Assembly (NCBI GenBank): GCA_012295275.1
Contig: CM022678.1
Coordinates: 8,618,001 to 8,682,000, forward strand
DNA length: 64,000 nucleotides
Source of the DNA: Chrysomallon squamiferum
Taxonomy: Eukaryota; Animalia; Mollusca
Direction: 5' to 3'
A program made the translations under genes and the position numbers. Below the pieces are notes generated by a model, which did no database searches, was not told the DNA's origin, and saw only the letters and a list, made by a program, of their open reading frames with translations. Of the stretch, positions 40,498-60,631 are shown in pieces (within the stretch, counting starts at the first letter, position 1; each line of letters starts with the position of its first letter).

Positions 40498-40629
40498 TTA
40501 TTAGGCTTGTCAATGATAAATGTAATTTTTCTCTCTACAGGATAAACAAGTCTTCTGCTGACCAGAAAAAAGACCAAGGTTGACCACTTGACCATGTGTG
40601 TAGTGAAGCGTTCATTGAAAAACATGACT

Positions 40630-41270
40630 TCTCCAGTCCTGCCAGTTAAGAGAAATTTGTACAGACTCAGACACTGAGATGTGCTCAACATGTTTGTAAA
40701 CAGATGCTGGGTATAATGGACAAATAATTCAGTTTACTACAAGATTTTATAAATTACTTAATGCCACCTGAGAATGTTTTAATATTAATATTATTTTAAT
40801 TTTGTTACTATTAATTAGGTATGTTTAGTGAACAATGAGTTAACAGTGAAAAGACAGTGATTTATATCTATCATTAATTAATTCTATAATTATTGTTTGT
40901 TTATTTAATTTTTTAAATGATAAAAAAAAGTCATTATCATTTTTGAACTCATGCTGTTTTAAATGTTGTTTATATTAATATTAAATTGAGGTAAACAAAA
41001 AACTGATTAAAAAAATGAAGAAAAAAAAACAAAAAAACATTTTAAAAATAATAAATTACTTTTGTTTCAGACTGAGAATGTAGAAGTCAGGGTTTGACAT
41101 GGGAACAGATTTCTCATAAAGCTGAAGGCAGTTTATGTCACTATGGTTACTACTAGAAAAAAGTATGAGAAAGGTTAGTAGTTTGTTTTCTTTGAACTGT
41201 AGTGTACCTATCAAAGCAAAAAGTGCAAGGGCTGCCTGTCTTGTCTCAGATGAAAAAGTCCTTGTTTTCA
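40630..41270 (-). pseudogene. Second STAND-NTPase-like remnant
   Basis: After acceptor ttctcag (~40768) the frame reads ELFVH..QCLSLYKFLLTGRTGE, a Walker-A-like motif cut before GK. SSETRQAALALFALIG at 41056-41260 is paralogous to SSETRQSLLALVALI at ~20060-20112. Confidence 0.35.
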
Positions 41271-41294
41271 AAAATATTGAAATAAGCATTTTAC

Positions 41295-41327
<33 letters not shown>

Positions 41328-41609
41328 ATTTGAATTTTATTTTTATATATTTTTTTATTTTATTTTATATATTTTGAATTGCATTGAGCGATTAAACCAA
41401 GTTTTTCCTCTGTACCCTGTATTACCTTGAATACAACAAAGATAACAGAAGATTTATTTTAAGAAGTATTTTATCTGTGTCAGTCACGCGGTCAGCAGAT
41501 TGTTGGAGACAGAAATATTTGATGTCAATTATAGTCTGTACCCTTATTAAATCATAGACATCCCTCTTTCTTAATAACAATAATAATAATTATATTACTA
41601 TTATTATTA

Positions 41610-41674
<65 letters not shown>

Positions 41675-41679
41675 TTTAG

Positions 41680-43985
41680 ATATAAATGAGTGTACATCAA
41701 CTGATGTCAGTATTACTAAGTATACTGATACTTGTACTAACAGAATCAGTGGATTCACTTGTTCCTGTCTGGCTGGGAAGAAACTTGAAAATGACCAGAC
41801 AACATGTGTTAGTAAGCAGAATTTCTCATTACAAAATACAATAATGTAAAAATAAATTTTTAAATATTTTAAAAACATAATTATATTTTGAAATCTGAAG
41901 CAAATTTTCATGATATTTACATTATTCTTTTAATATAATTTTATAAATTTTGTTTTATAATAAATACTAACACAAAAATTTGATTTTAATTTAATTTATT
42001 TATTTTCAAATTAAATTTTATTTTTGCCTCTCAGACCATTGTCAGTGTAAAGCTGGCTGGGTGGTGTGTGATGTGAAAACAACAGAGATGAATGTAGTGT
42101 TTCAACAGTTTCATGTCAAGCAAACAGCAACTGCAAAAACCTGCCAGTCTCCTATCATTTGAATGTATAGGTAAGTAGAATATATTCTTAATAAATAGTT
42201 AATTTACAATGTTAAAAAAATTTCGTAAAAAGTTTTAATTATAATGTTTTATTTAATAAACAGCTATATTCAATGAATAATTCCTTATTACTTAATAAAT
42301 AGTTATATGTTATAAATGATTTCTTATTATTTAATAAATAGTTATATGTTACAGATGATTTCTTATTATTTATGAAATAGTTATATGTTACAAATGATTT
42401 CTTATTATTTATGAAATAGTTATATGTTACAAATAATTTCCTATTACTTAATAAATAGTTATAGTATAAAAATTAGTCCTTTTTATTTAAAAAAATACTT
42501 AAATGATACAAATGATTGATGAATTTGTTACATATTTTTGTGATTTTAATTACCAAAGAAAACAGAATAGCTGTTTTGAACTGACAAATGAGTTAATTAA
42601 TACAGCTCTCATACAATTAACTTTGTTTGGCATTAAAATATAATAAATAAATAAATAAATATAATAATAAAAATATCATTTTATATTTTTTAATAATTTT
42701 TTATTCAAAATTAAGAGAATGTGTATTTAACCCAGATAATCAGCTTTCAGTGACTAAGAAATTAAAAAAAAAAAAAAGAAAAAAACAAACCCTGTTTGGT
42801 AACAGCTAACTTTGTTTTTGCAGTTTGAGTCTCATTAATGTTCAAGAACATTATGAAAAAAATAAAAATAATAAAAATAAAAATAAAAATAATTTTTGAC
42901 AACTAATAATTAAACTATTATTAAACAGATATTTATTATTCATTCATTCATTTTGTTCATTCATTCATTTCATTCATTCATTCATGTAATAGATTTTTTT
43001 TTATAGTTGAATGAATGATTGGTATCCTTCTTTAACTAACAATGAGAAAAGCTACATCTGTTCTTGTTATTTTAATTGTGACAAAATTTGATAAAATTAT
43101 AAACTATTTTATTTTCATTTATGTCAGAATGTGATAAAATTGTAAATTATTTTAGTTGTGACAAAATATAATAAAGTTATAAAAATATTTTATGTTCAGT
43201 TGTGACAGTGCTGCAGTGAACAGTTCGTGTGAACAGGGCTGCAGGGTGCATGACACAGTGGAGCAGTGTTTGTGTAGAAATGTTTACCTTGAATTCAGAC
43301 AACAAAACATGCTCAGGTGAGTCAGTTCTATCTGGTTCTCAGGTTAAATTGTTCACTTCAAGCATTCTTAGTTTATTCATATTTTGAGTTTAAGTTTTAT
43401 TTCTTTGAATCTGAATGGCCAGCATTTCTACCATTATCTGTTTTTTTTTTTTTATTATTATTATTAATAATGTCATGCTCATTATATAATCAGCAATCAT
43501 TTTCTAACTTAGGTATGCATTAGTAGCTTTTGTGCTATTCAGATAGTTAAGTTAAAGTTGTTATTACTGGAATTAAGAAAAATGTCAAAGCAGTTAATAC
43601 TGTTCAGAAACTTGTCAGAATCTATGAATAATTTTTATTTTTATTAATAATAATTATATCCCTGTAATTGAAACGTGACTAATTTTATAAACTGCTAAAA
43701 ACCTCTCAGAATCTATGAATTTTAAATTTTGGTTAATCCGTATATTTCTTATAAATAATTTCTGTGTAAATGATATTTCAGTAATTTCAGAAGCTTGACA
43801 AAATGTAGGAATATGTTTAATTGTTGTTAATTATTGAGATATGATTTATCTGTTTCTCTCTTTCAGATATAAATGAATGTAATTCAACAATATTTATGTT
43901 CAGAATTAAAACTACTAAGATGGAGGCTATACATGTTCCTGTATGGATGTTTATAAGTGGGAAACTGACAAAATTACTTGTAGAG
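41680..43985 (+). pseudogene. EGF / cbEGF exons, copy 2 (segmental duplicate of 20.6-21.75 kb plus two further exons)
   Basis: Exon 41680-41811 is identical to 20681-20812. Further exons are 42035-42170, 43200-43316 (CDSAAVNSSCEQGCRVHDTVEQCLCRN..LNSDNKTCS) and 43867-43985 (DINECNS..GGYTCSCMDVYKWETDKITCR). Frameshifts present. Confidence 0.85.
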
Positions 43986-44004
43986 GTAGATATATATTAA
44001 CATA

Positions 44005-44050
<46 letters not shown>

Positions 44051-46490
44051 CAACAGATGTACATGCAAAGATTGACACACATTAAAACCTCCATATACAT
44101 ACATATCAGTGAATTGAAGGAAATCAAAGCAAATACAGTGAAATCAATGAAATGAAATGATATATGATTATACACTAAAATGAAATACAATGAAATGAGA
44201 TCAAATGAAATGTAGTGGGGTGCTGTGAAATACAATAAATGAAATGAAATAATAATACAATAAAATCAAATAAATCAAATACAATGCAATACAATACAAT
44301 ACAATACAATAATGAATTGAACTGAACTGAACTGAAATAAATGATTAACAATGAAATAAAGTGAAATGAAATAAATACAAAGCTAAAGTAAATTGATTTT
44401 GTCCATGGAATAAATGGCTTTTTAACAGTAAGTAAAAAGTCATGAAAATAATTAAGTCATAACCCATCCCATTTGACTCATATCTACTTTCATGGTAAAT
44501 TGTTTAATATTGTTTATACAACTCTGACTATTATTGTAATTAATAATATTTATTTTATTTTTTTCAGGGTCCCTTTTTATAAACTTGTTTTGAGAATGAA
44601 AGAAAATGTGAGCAGTGACATTGATTCTAAGTGACTTGTTGTGTTTATCTCCCAGTTCTTCAAGTTTTCTCACTGTACTGAACAAACTAAACAGAAGAAA
44701 CAGCAGAAGATAAAATATCTTCACAACACATATGAAGGACTGAAAAAAAAGTTACTTGTTATTACTTGTTATGTGGACTGCACTTACTGAAGAATTTATA
44801 AATCTGTGAAACTGTGATTTCAGATTCAAAGTGTCATTCATGCAAGATACAGTCAGACATAGACCAGTGGACAGAATGTTTGGACCAGACAGTCAAGTGT
44901 GTGAAAAAGAATTTTTTTTTAAAATTGACTGATTTAGAAATCCTTGATTTACTGCTTTAAAAAAAATACAAATTGTATAGCTCAAGGGAGATAATTTTAT
45001 TATTATGATTATTTTCTTATTAATGTACTGGTAAAGATTTTTGAAAAAGTATGCTAATAAAACATAAAATGGAAGAAGATATGTTGTTTGGAAGATATTT
45101 TCTTAATGATTAATTTGCAGATTACATTATAGGTCAACTTGTTTAGTACATCTTAAATTGTTTTCTATCCAAATGTCTTGGTATTCTTTTATTTTGTTCT
45201 ATTAATATACTTTCACTGGACAATTAGAAATCTTGGTACATTTATGTTTTATAGCAGTCTCAGCACTTTAAGACCTGTTGAAACATTTTAAATAAATTTT
45301 AATTTGAAAGTTCAGGTACATCTTAGACCATGTTTTTCTAAATTTTTAATTATGAATTTTGTTGAGGCTTTTCTAAAATTATCTTTTTCATATGAAAAAG
45401 TAGTTTTGATGTTGATCTTTTCTTTTTCTTGTTCAAATAAATATTTCAAATTATTTTGTTTTCTGTTTTTCATTACATATTTGTAGCTAGCATTTTCATC
45501 AGACTTGAGAAACAGATTCCGAAGAGTGAGGAATATTTTTATATATATAGTTTTGAAATAGTAGAAGTAATAGATGTGATTGTGGAAATACTGATACAGA
45601 TAATGTTGCAGCAGTTAGTAATAGAATTAGTAGTAGTAGTAGTAATAGTATAACTAGAAATAATAGCAGCAATAGTAATACTGATAAAAGGTAATGAAAA
45701 TAACAATAGCATAAGTAACTGAGGGAGTACTGTAATAATGGTACTATTATTAATTTTTGGCTGTGTACATATTCAGAAAACACCATAAACACTTTGCTTG
45801 GAGATATATAATTTTGAATTTTACTTGCATTATAAATGACTGAATAATTTGGTTGTTTGCAGAATATAATATTTAAATTGTTTCTTCTATCTTTCTCTCT
45901 GTCTGTCTGTCTATATGTGGATCCAGTCATTACACATATTACATAAAATAACTAAAGCTTATTGCTGACACTTGTTATACAGGCTTTTCTTTTTTATTTA
46001 TGACAGGTAATTTTATTCAAAGATTTAAAATAGGTAGTTATAAATGTTTATTTAAATCCTGTTTTCTCCTTCCATAACAAATATTTAAATTATTCTGAGT
46101 TTTGTTATTTATATTTTTAATTTAAGCTAGAGTCATAGACAACTTCATAAGGTAAAGTGGAGGGGAACAGTGATTAACAAATTCAGTGTTTAGCTGTTAT
46201 TACAGACATTTCACTAGATGTCAGTCTGATCCCAGGATCAAATCAGGAGAGCAAATCATATTTTTTACAAAATGAGATTGAATGATAATACTATATATAT
46301 ATATTGAAATTCATTCGTGAATGAGAGCGAGAGTGAGATTAATCATTTAGATCTAAGTATATTATCTTCTTTGAAAATAATTATCACTCAGTTAAATTCA
46401 ACAATAATAAAAAGTCTGGGTGAGGATTGGCTGAGGGTAGGTTTACATTTAGATTTAAGATTTATTAAGATTTATTGATAGATTTTATTA

Positions 46491-46554
<64 letters not shown>

Positions 46555-46762
46555 ATATTTATTGATTGAAAAGTAGCAAATTATTTATGTATAATCTTTG
46601 TATAGAACAGGTTTAGGACCTGGTAATACATTCGAAAGTTACATTTGACTGGTTTGTTTTGATAGAAAAGAAAAACAGAAGACCTTGAATGTTAAACTCT
46701 GCTTAAAACATGATCATGTTATTTCCAACATATTTTAATTGTTATCTTCTTCTTCTTCTTCT

Positions 46763-46835
<73 letters not shown>

Positions 46836-46911
46836 CTTTTAAATTAACAAATAAATAAATGTTAATAAAAGTAAACAGTACTACTATTGCTAGTACTACT
46901 ACTACTACTAC

Positions 46912-46942
<31 letters not shown>

Positions 46943-46959
46943 CAATAACAATTATAATA

Positions 46960-51490
<4,531 letters not shown>

Positions 51491-51519
51491 TGCAGCTATC
51501 ATAATAATAATAATAATTT

Positions 51520-51602
<83 letters not shown>

Positions 51603-52029
51603 TGAAATAAAAATAATAATTTAAGAATACAAATAAAGTAAAATAAGAAAGAAAAAGAAAAGAAAGTAGGTAATAGGAAATATTGTAAATTAACATAAAA
51701 CAAACTGTGTAATAAATCAAAATTTATTTCCCAATCTAACACTTAATTATTATATCGAAAATGGTGATATTTCCATCTCTATTTATCTACAGCATTTCGG
51801 GATGGTAATATTTCTCAATAGTTTTACCAAATAAGGGATTGAATATTATATCAACACTGTTAGTAGAATATTATATCAACACTGCTTGAAAAATGTATGT
51901 AACACAGTTATTTTGTAAGCATTTTAATTTAACACATGTTGCAATTACCAATTAAGGTAATTGCAACATGTGTTACAATGGCGTTACATTTAATTATAAT
52001 TTTTAATTTGATATATATATATATATATT

Positions 52030-52500
52030 TCGTTCAGGAATAAATGAGAATAGCGTCACTGAATAAAACCGTCACAGTTTTTTCATCTTTTCATAAAGTG
52101 AAACCCGATTTACAGGTTTGTTGGACAACAGAGAAAGATAATACACTTCTACAACCAAAATAGATATTGATTAAACTTGTATGGTTACATAGAGACGACT
52201 ATCGATCTTTTTTATAAGATAAATGTATAATCAATAGTAATGTAAAACAGGACACAAAGATTAACAAACGTATGCTTTTAGTCACGTTCGCATAATAATA
52301 ATAATAATAATATTTTTCCTCTCAGTATTAGATACCTTTGTTTAGTATTGTCAAAACACATAAACACACACACACATACGCACAAACCCCTCCCACACAA
52401 ATATATGGTTATTAAACTAATTAATTCAGTATATTATAGTATATTACATTAGTTGCCAAATCTGAACATATACTCTTTGTTTCCATGCATGAATGAGGGA
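52030..52500 (-). repeat. Inverted partial copy of the composite repeat
   Basis: acaggtttgttggacaacagagaaagataatacacttctac is the reverse complement of the module at ~48710-48750 and ~54055-54095. Confidence 0.85.
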
Positions 52501-53324
52501 ATTTATTGTATATATATATAATTACAAGACGCAGAAAAATGGCGGCAAGCAAGATGATAAATCACGATTTTGTGATCCTCCTGCAGTTTACCGGGCGCCA
52601 TTTTGGCGACATTTCGGGTTTCCATTATGTTGTACTCTAAAGTCTGTATCCTAAACAGACGCGATCGTAGCGACAGTATCATTATCTTAAAAACAATTCC
52701 GCATAAATTAAAAACAGATATTAAACATTTAGTACAGGTCCGAAACCAATTATTGATCTATAAGAAAAATAAAACTGCTAGAAAATGCCTTTAAAATTTT
52801 ACTAATATGTTTGTTAAATACTGTCAGCTTTTTTTAGTTTTCATTGTTCATTTTATTATAAGTGTCGAGATCTTTAGTGACTACATTTTGAGCGATTCAT
52901 TCACAGCAATTGTCAGTTTGAGCGACTGACAATAGAGCGATTGTATTCTTTTAGTGTTTGGGAATTAGCGATTTAAAGCGAAAGTATTGTGGAATCTTTT
53001 AGAAGAAATTAGTTAAAATAAATTAATTTAGGAAATTGAGCATTTTTAAAACAGAAAGTCCTTAACGGTACATCACTTAACCTACCAATCATTGAAATAA
53101 CTTCACGTAGTATGTAGTCGCTCAAACGTCATTTAACAGTTTTATATTTTAAGTACATAATTATCAAGCGTTGGACCAGAAAACGAGACAATGCTGAAAT
53201 TGGTTCTCGATCTATATCCATAACTGGTCTGGTAGATCTATCGACTTTGTATTACAATAAGTTGCGTTTATTTTTGTAAATTATTAAATAGTGCTAACAT
53301 AATATTCATATAACATAACATGAC

Positions 53325-54264
53325 AATTTATTGACGAAGCTGTAGATAAACAGAATGCTAATGCACTTCATCTCCAGATTTCATATAATAATTAATATCG
53401 GGAAATCAGTTTAGTTATAATTACAAAAAATTATAATTTTACTTTATGATATTTGACACACACAAACACACACACACACACACACACACACGCACGCACG
53501 CACGCACGCTCACACACACACATACGCACATGCAGGTATATATCTAAGAGAGAGAGAGAGAGAGGGGTTAAAGTAATTACAGTTATTAAAATGTATTATA
53601 TTTTCAAATGTTACAATTATACTTCTAGTTTGGGTATATTGGTGATAATGTTTTATTTTTAATAAACGTGACATTTAAAAGATGTGCCCCATATCTCTCT
53701 AGTGTCCACCTGAATGAACCTGACATTGTCAAACACTTAAGACTTGTTCTCTCATTCAGGCATGGAAACAAATAGTATGTTTGGATTTGTCAACTAATGA
53801 AATATACAATAATATACTGAATTAATTAGTTTAAAAACCATATATATGTGTATGTGTGTGTGTATGTGATAACAATACTAAACAAAGGTATCTAATATAT
53901 AGAGGAACAATATTACTGTTACTATTATTATGCGTACGTGACTAAAAGCATACGTTAGCTTTGTATCCATTGCTATCATTTATTTATATATCTAATAAAA
54001 AGGATCGATATTCGCCTGTATGTAACTATACAAGTTTATAGATCTCTTTTGGGTATAGAAGAGTATTATCTTTCTCTGTTGTCCAACAAACCTGTAAATC
54101 GGGTTTGACTTTATGACAAGATGAAAAAATTGTCACGGTTTTATTCAGAGACGCTATTTTCATTTTTACCTGAACAAAAGTATAAGATTTCATTATGTCA
54201 TTTTGACCTTTACTTTCCTTTCCTGCTCTCATACACAGATTCACGTTACGGTATATTTAAGAAG

Positions 54265-54329
<65 letters not shown>

Positions 54330-54396
54330 TTTTATATTATATTATTTTTTTTTTATTTTTTATTATTATTTTTTTTTCATTTTATTATTATTATTA

Positions 54397-54460
<64 letters not shown>

Positions 54461-54990
54461 CTTTTAAAGTAACAAAGAAATAAATGTTCGATTCGACGAA
54501 TTCAGTAGTTTGCTTAATTACAATAATACATCGTCGTGTAGACTTGAACGTTCACTGCGGATCCACTAAGTATTTCCTCGTCACATCCAGTACCAGTGAA
54601 AACCATCGATGTTTTATCCTTGGACGTTTCTCTTTATAGCGGGTTTCCTCTCAAGACATTGTCCAAATAAAGTTAGCAGCTGTTAATAAGTTGTTAATAA
54701 CCATATTTTGTACCAGTTATATACTACTACTGCTACTACATTATAATTAATAATAACAATAACAATAACAATAATAATAACGATAACAACAATAATAATA
54801 ATAACAACAAGAATAATAATAATAATAATAATAGTAATAATAATAATAATAATAATAAAGCCACTCTGTAAACTAATTAAACTCATTCTATAATTACATA
54901 TTAAGCTATGCATTATGAAGCAGCGAATAAACAGACAGGTAAACTCATGTTTGATCTGTATGAAGGTTTCAGCCCTCCACTATTGTTGTG

Positions 54991-55021
<31 letters not shown>

Positions 55022-55500
55022 CGTAAAAAGCATTCTGCTAATTGTCAGGTTTCCAACAAGAAAATAAAAGCACGCAAAAAATGAATAAAGAAAAAAAAAA
55101 AAAAAAAAAAGACACACTTGATGGCACGTGACGATGGCACGGTGTATGTTGTCTCAGTGGTCAAGTGATGTTGTCTCAGTGGTCGATGATGTTGTCTCAG
55201 TGGTCGAGTGATGTTGTCTCAGTGGTCGAGATGTGTTTTCTCAGTGGTCAGTGATGTTGTCTCAGTGGTCGAGAACTGATGTTGTTGTCTCAGTGGTCGA
55301 GTGATGTTGTCTCAGTGGTCGAATGATGTCGTCGTTTGTCTAAGAAGTGCGGGGGAATGGATGTCACACTTTCCAGTCTCGTCAGCGACATCAGACTTTG
55401 TGAGTGCACGTCTGTGCTAGTGCCTTCCAGATTAGAATCAGACGTACATAAGACACAGCATATTCATTCCTAAATGTATGCTTACATGCATACATATATT
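53325..55500 (+). repeat. Modular composite repeat, copy B
   Basis: 54460-54660 is near-identical to 49100-49300; module order is the same as in copy A. Confidence 0.9.
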
Positions 55501-55633
55501 CATCCAGGTCAGATACACAAAAACAGATTTAGAAATGTATTTTATTGTATACACCACTGAACTCTTTTGTATGTAGTTATAAAGTGTATCATGTATGTGA
55601 AAACAGTGTCGCTTACCTGAAATTAAAAAAAAC

Positions 55634-55668
<35 letters not shown>

Positions 55669-56784
55669 GTAGTATTTGCAATTTTCTACTAGCGGATGGT
55701 AGCGGATATTTAAGGTTGTCTTTGTTATAAAGTTAAAAACGGATATCTATGAAACTGTTTTTCAGTAGATACATTTCTCTTCTGTATACTAGGCATAGTT
55801 AATCTTAATAAAGTAATAACGTTTATATGTATATAATCTTTTTATTATTATTATTAAGATTGTGAAGTCTATATATATAAGAAAATATAAAGCAACTATA
55901 AACTAGAAAAAAGCCATTGTTTATGTGTGTGTGTGTGTGTTAGTAATTATAATAAGTAAATAAAGAGCGGGTTTTGTATAACAAACATATAAAGTTTTAA
56001 CATTTAAGAATTGAGATAACATAGCTAAGGCGGTATTTGCTTAACAACCAAAGTTTTAAAATTTTAGAATTAAGAAAATTAGCTATGGCGGGTTTTGTGT
56101 AACAAACAAACAAAGTTTTCAAATGTGTCAGTCTAGGCTGGCTTCTCTTGCTTATTGAATTCGATGTTTTCATTGACATCTGCAGTAATTTAATAATTTG
56201 TAATCTTTGTACAGTCCGGTGGGCCCTTTTATGAAATGGAGCTTACTGGCCTCGAAAGTTTGGCCTTGTTTTGATAAGCGTTTGACAGCGGGTTAGGGTT
56301 AGATTTTTTCTCACTTGTTGAGAAATTTTGCACAATTATAAACAGAACTAAATAATCGTAACTGTTCAGAAGAGAGATTTCATTAAACCGACATAAAATG
56401 TAAACTGAGTAACCATCTATAAAATCAAAAGAAAACAATTATAAAACAAATCAATCAATCAATAAATAAATAAATACTAAATAATTAAATAATAACAGCA
56501 GCAACAGCAAAGTTTAAAAATAGCGATACAGTTTATAAATAAAAAGAAACACCAGATAACTAGATGCTAACAAAATAATAAATTCATCAAGTGACAAAAA
56601 ATAAAAATAAATATTATCATTACACAGTGGACAGTCAGTCGTTAGAACTCAGCACTGCATTTAGAACTTCGACAACCTCATACAACACGTTGTGTTCTAA
56701 AGGGACAGTGGCTTCAGAACCTCGAGAAACTGCTTGAAATTAGCCGTGTATGTATCCAGAAGGGTCCGCTGTGTGTCCCACTGC

Positions 56785-57352
56785 AAAATCTGTTAATACT
56801 GTCCCATGTTGACGATGTTTTACATATTACAAAATCTGTTAATGCTGTCCCATGTTGACGATGTTTCACATATTACATATCTGTTAATGCTGTCCCATGT
56901 TGACGATGTTTTACATATTACATATCTGTTAATGCTGTCCCATGTTGACGATGTTTCACATATTACAAAATCTGTTAATGCTGTCCCATGTTGACGATGT
57001 TTTACATATTACATATCTGTTAATGCTGTCCCATGTTGACGATGTTTTATTTATAAAATCTGTTATATTACATATCTGTTAATGCTGTCCCATGTTGACG
57101 ATGTTTCACATATTACAAAATCTGTTAATGCTGTCCCATGTTGACGATGTTTTACATAATACAAAATCTGTTAATAAGGTCCCATGTTGACGATGTTTTA
57201 CATATTACAAAATCTGTTAATACTGTCCCATGTTGATGATGTTTTATATATTACAAAATATGTCAATGGTGTCACATGTTGACGATGTTTTACATACTAC
57301 AAAATCTGTTACTACTGTCCCATGTTGAGGATGTTTTACATATTACAAAATC
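56785..57352. repeat. Minisatellite, 45/46-bp unit, about 12 copies
   Basis: (aaa/at)atctgttaatgctgtcccatgttgacgatgttt[t/c]acatattac. Confidence 0.93.
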
Positions 57353-57381
57353 AACAGAGCACGTGAAATACTACTGCAGTA

Positions 57382-57412
<31 letters not shown>

Positions 57413-57440
57413 TATAGTATTATTATTAGTAGTAGTAGTT

Positions 57441-57472
<32 letters not shown>

Positions 57473-57749
57473 ATAATAATGACTGTTTGAAATTCCAAAA
57501 CTGATTAAAAACTAAACTTAAGAAGTCACTGCTATAAACACACAGATATAATTAGATTAAAACTCTGCTGTTAGAATGTGAGGTTATTTGTGTAGACCTG
57601 GTGATGATCTCTAGCTGGGATAACTCTGTGTCTGTCTGTCTGTCCTACGTACATAGACAATTCAGTGTACGTTCGCTGTCTGTATGTTCTGATATATGCT
57701 TAACTAAACAATGTTTGTTTTGCATCAACTACGTCTTTTATCACGATAA

Positions 57750-57783
<34 letters not shown>

Positions 57784-57803
57784 GTAGTAGTAGTAGTAAG
57801 TAA

Positions 57804-57835
<32 letters not shown>

Positions 57836-58453
57836 ATAGTAGTAGTAGTTGTAGTAGTAATAGTAACAGTAGTAGTTGTTGTTGTAATAGTAATAGTAAG
57901 TAGTAAGACAAACAGAAAGGTAGTAACTAGTAAGACAAACAAAAAATGAAGATAAATCAATTAACAAATTTGCAAACAAATATGAAGATAAATCAATTAA
58001 CAAAATAATAAACAAACAAACAAACAAACAAATATGTAGGCAAGAAAAAAATCAGTTAACAAAATAATAAAATAAATAAATAAATATAATAATTTACTCG
58101 TATGTAATAACTAAAACGTCTCTGTCAGTGAATTTTTTTATTTTTCAGAATTTTCTCCAGCAGTGATAAAACTCGTTTATATACAGTCTACTCAGTTACA
58201 CAGAAACACTGAGTCCTCGGAAATGATATGGAAATTCCAAGATCTATTTTTTAGAAAATAATTTGTTGTTTCGTTATTTTCTTGATGTTACGTTTAATGT
58301 GAAAATAATTTGTTGTTTTTATGTCTTATATTTATATTTTATTATATTATGTTATGTTATGTTATGTTTTTTTTTACGTTATGTTATGTTGTGTTCTATT
58401 TTGTTATTCTGTTATATTATTCTGTTAAACTTAATCCTGCATATGCCCAAACA

Positions 58454-58551
<98 letters not shown>

Positions 58552-58586
58552 ACCATATATATACCTGTTTGTGTTTGTTTAGTGTT

Positions 58587-58650
<64 letters not shown>

Positions 58651-59298
58651 AAGCTGTTGACTTGTACTGAGTGTATCTCTATCTAATAAATTTAAGATAA
58701 CCAAGTAAACTTTGCTCTTTACAAAACAGATGAGTAGGTCATGTTATCGCTAGCACGTGTTTTAGTAATAAAATAATTATACACGAGTTGAACATATATA
58801 ACTAAATATAAATAGATTAAACAAATGATATTTGTAATATTAAACAAAGAAACATTTGATCATAAATAAATTTCAATTTACAAACAATAATAAATATCAA
58901 CAACATTATTTATAGTTGTTATAGAAATAGTTACAGTAGTAGTAGTAGTTGTAGTAGTAAAGCTGTAGAAGCAGGAGTAGAATTAACAACTGTAGTATTA
59001 GAAGCACTAGTAACAGAATGGTAGTAGTAGGAGTGCTAGACTTAGAAGTAGTGTTATCAAATCTATTCAGTTTACTAAATCAGGCCATGCATTGTAACTG
59101 AAATACCTCACCTGAGTTTTATCTCCATCACGAGACGGTCAAAGTTCTCTTCAAGCGGGTATATTAGATCACGTATTTGTGTGTTTGTCTCATAGAACTG
59201 AAAACTGGTTTCTACCGTAACACAGCCTCATTGTCATCTCTTTGTTAGAAAACATCCAACCTGGTAAGAACTCCATTTTGTTTTATAAAAATTGCATT

Positions 59299-59435
<137 letters not shown>

Positions 59436-60117
59436 GTAATAGTTGTAGTGGAAATATTGTTTGTTGTAGTAGTTTTAGTATTAGTTGTTGTAGTACTTGC
59501 AGCAGAATTATTCGTCGTTGTAGTTTTAGTTACATTGTTAATTGTTGCAGTAGTCATAGAAACTGTTTTAGTATTTGTAGTGTCAGTATTAGTCGTTGTA
59601 GTAGCTGTAGTAGAATTATTAGTTACTACAGTAGCAGTTGTTCTAGTAGTTGTAGTTGCAGTATTTGTTTTTCCAGTGGCTGTTGTAGCATTATTCGTTA
59701 GTATCAGTAACATTACAGTGTTTTAGTATTTACATATCTCTTCTGTTTGCTAGCTGTAGACAATTTTAGTAAAGTAATAATTATTGTATAGACTTAAGAT
59801 AGTGTGATCTATATATGAAATAGAGAAAATAAAAACAACTATAAACACTAGAAAAAAAAATATTTAAAAATTTGTCAGTCTAAGCTGGTTTCTCTTGCTC
59901 TTTGATTTCGATTTTTTCATTGATATCTACAGGAATCTAATACTTTGTAATCTTTGCACAGTCCTGTCGGCCCTTTTATGAAATAGAGCTCACTGAACCT
60001 CGAAATTCTGACCTTGTTTTGTTAAGCTTTTGACAGCGGGTTACGGTTAGATATTTTTCTCACTTGTTTTGGTTCTGTCATTTTGCAGTGTAATCTGTGT
60101 CATCAAAGGCGTATATG

Positions 60118-60174
<57 letters not shown>

Positions 60175-60483
60175 GAGACAGTAACACAGACATGCACAAC
60201 TTAAAACTTTACAGTAATATAATTATTCTTCTCCAACTACGTTTCAGTTGACTGATTCCTTTTTTTAAATTAGCTTTCCCAACAACCGTAAATAATTGAG
60301 TTGTTTTTATTTTATTTTGTAATATTATAAAATATGTTTCTAGATTAATAAACTTAAGTTGTTGGTGTGTTATTTATCTAATAGATGAATATAGTATTAT
60401 ACTAATCTCTGTCATAGTAATTTAAACAGGACACAGACAATGATAATGAGCATTTTAGCTACTGGCCCCATGACAATAACAAT

Positions 60484-60525
<42 letters not shown>

Positions 60526-60566
60526 AATAATAATAATATTAATAATAATAACAAAACAATAACAAC

Positions 60567-60631
<65 letters not shown>

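Noticed and set aside
40500-40540. RKITFIIDK as the Walker B of the second STAND remnant
   Set aside because: It is the reverse complement of a plus-strand polypyrimidine/acceptor sequence and is better explained as intron.
44568-44905. Possible SEA-domain (GSLFIN) plus EGF exon continuing the EGF gene
   Set aside because: An acceptor is present, but the sequence is too degenerate to support a domain call.
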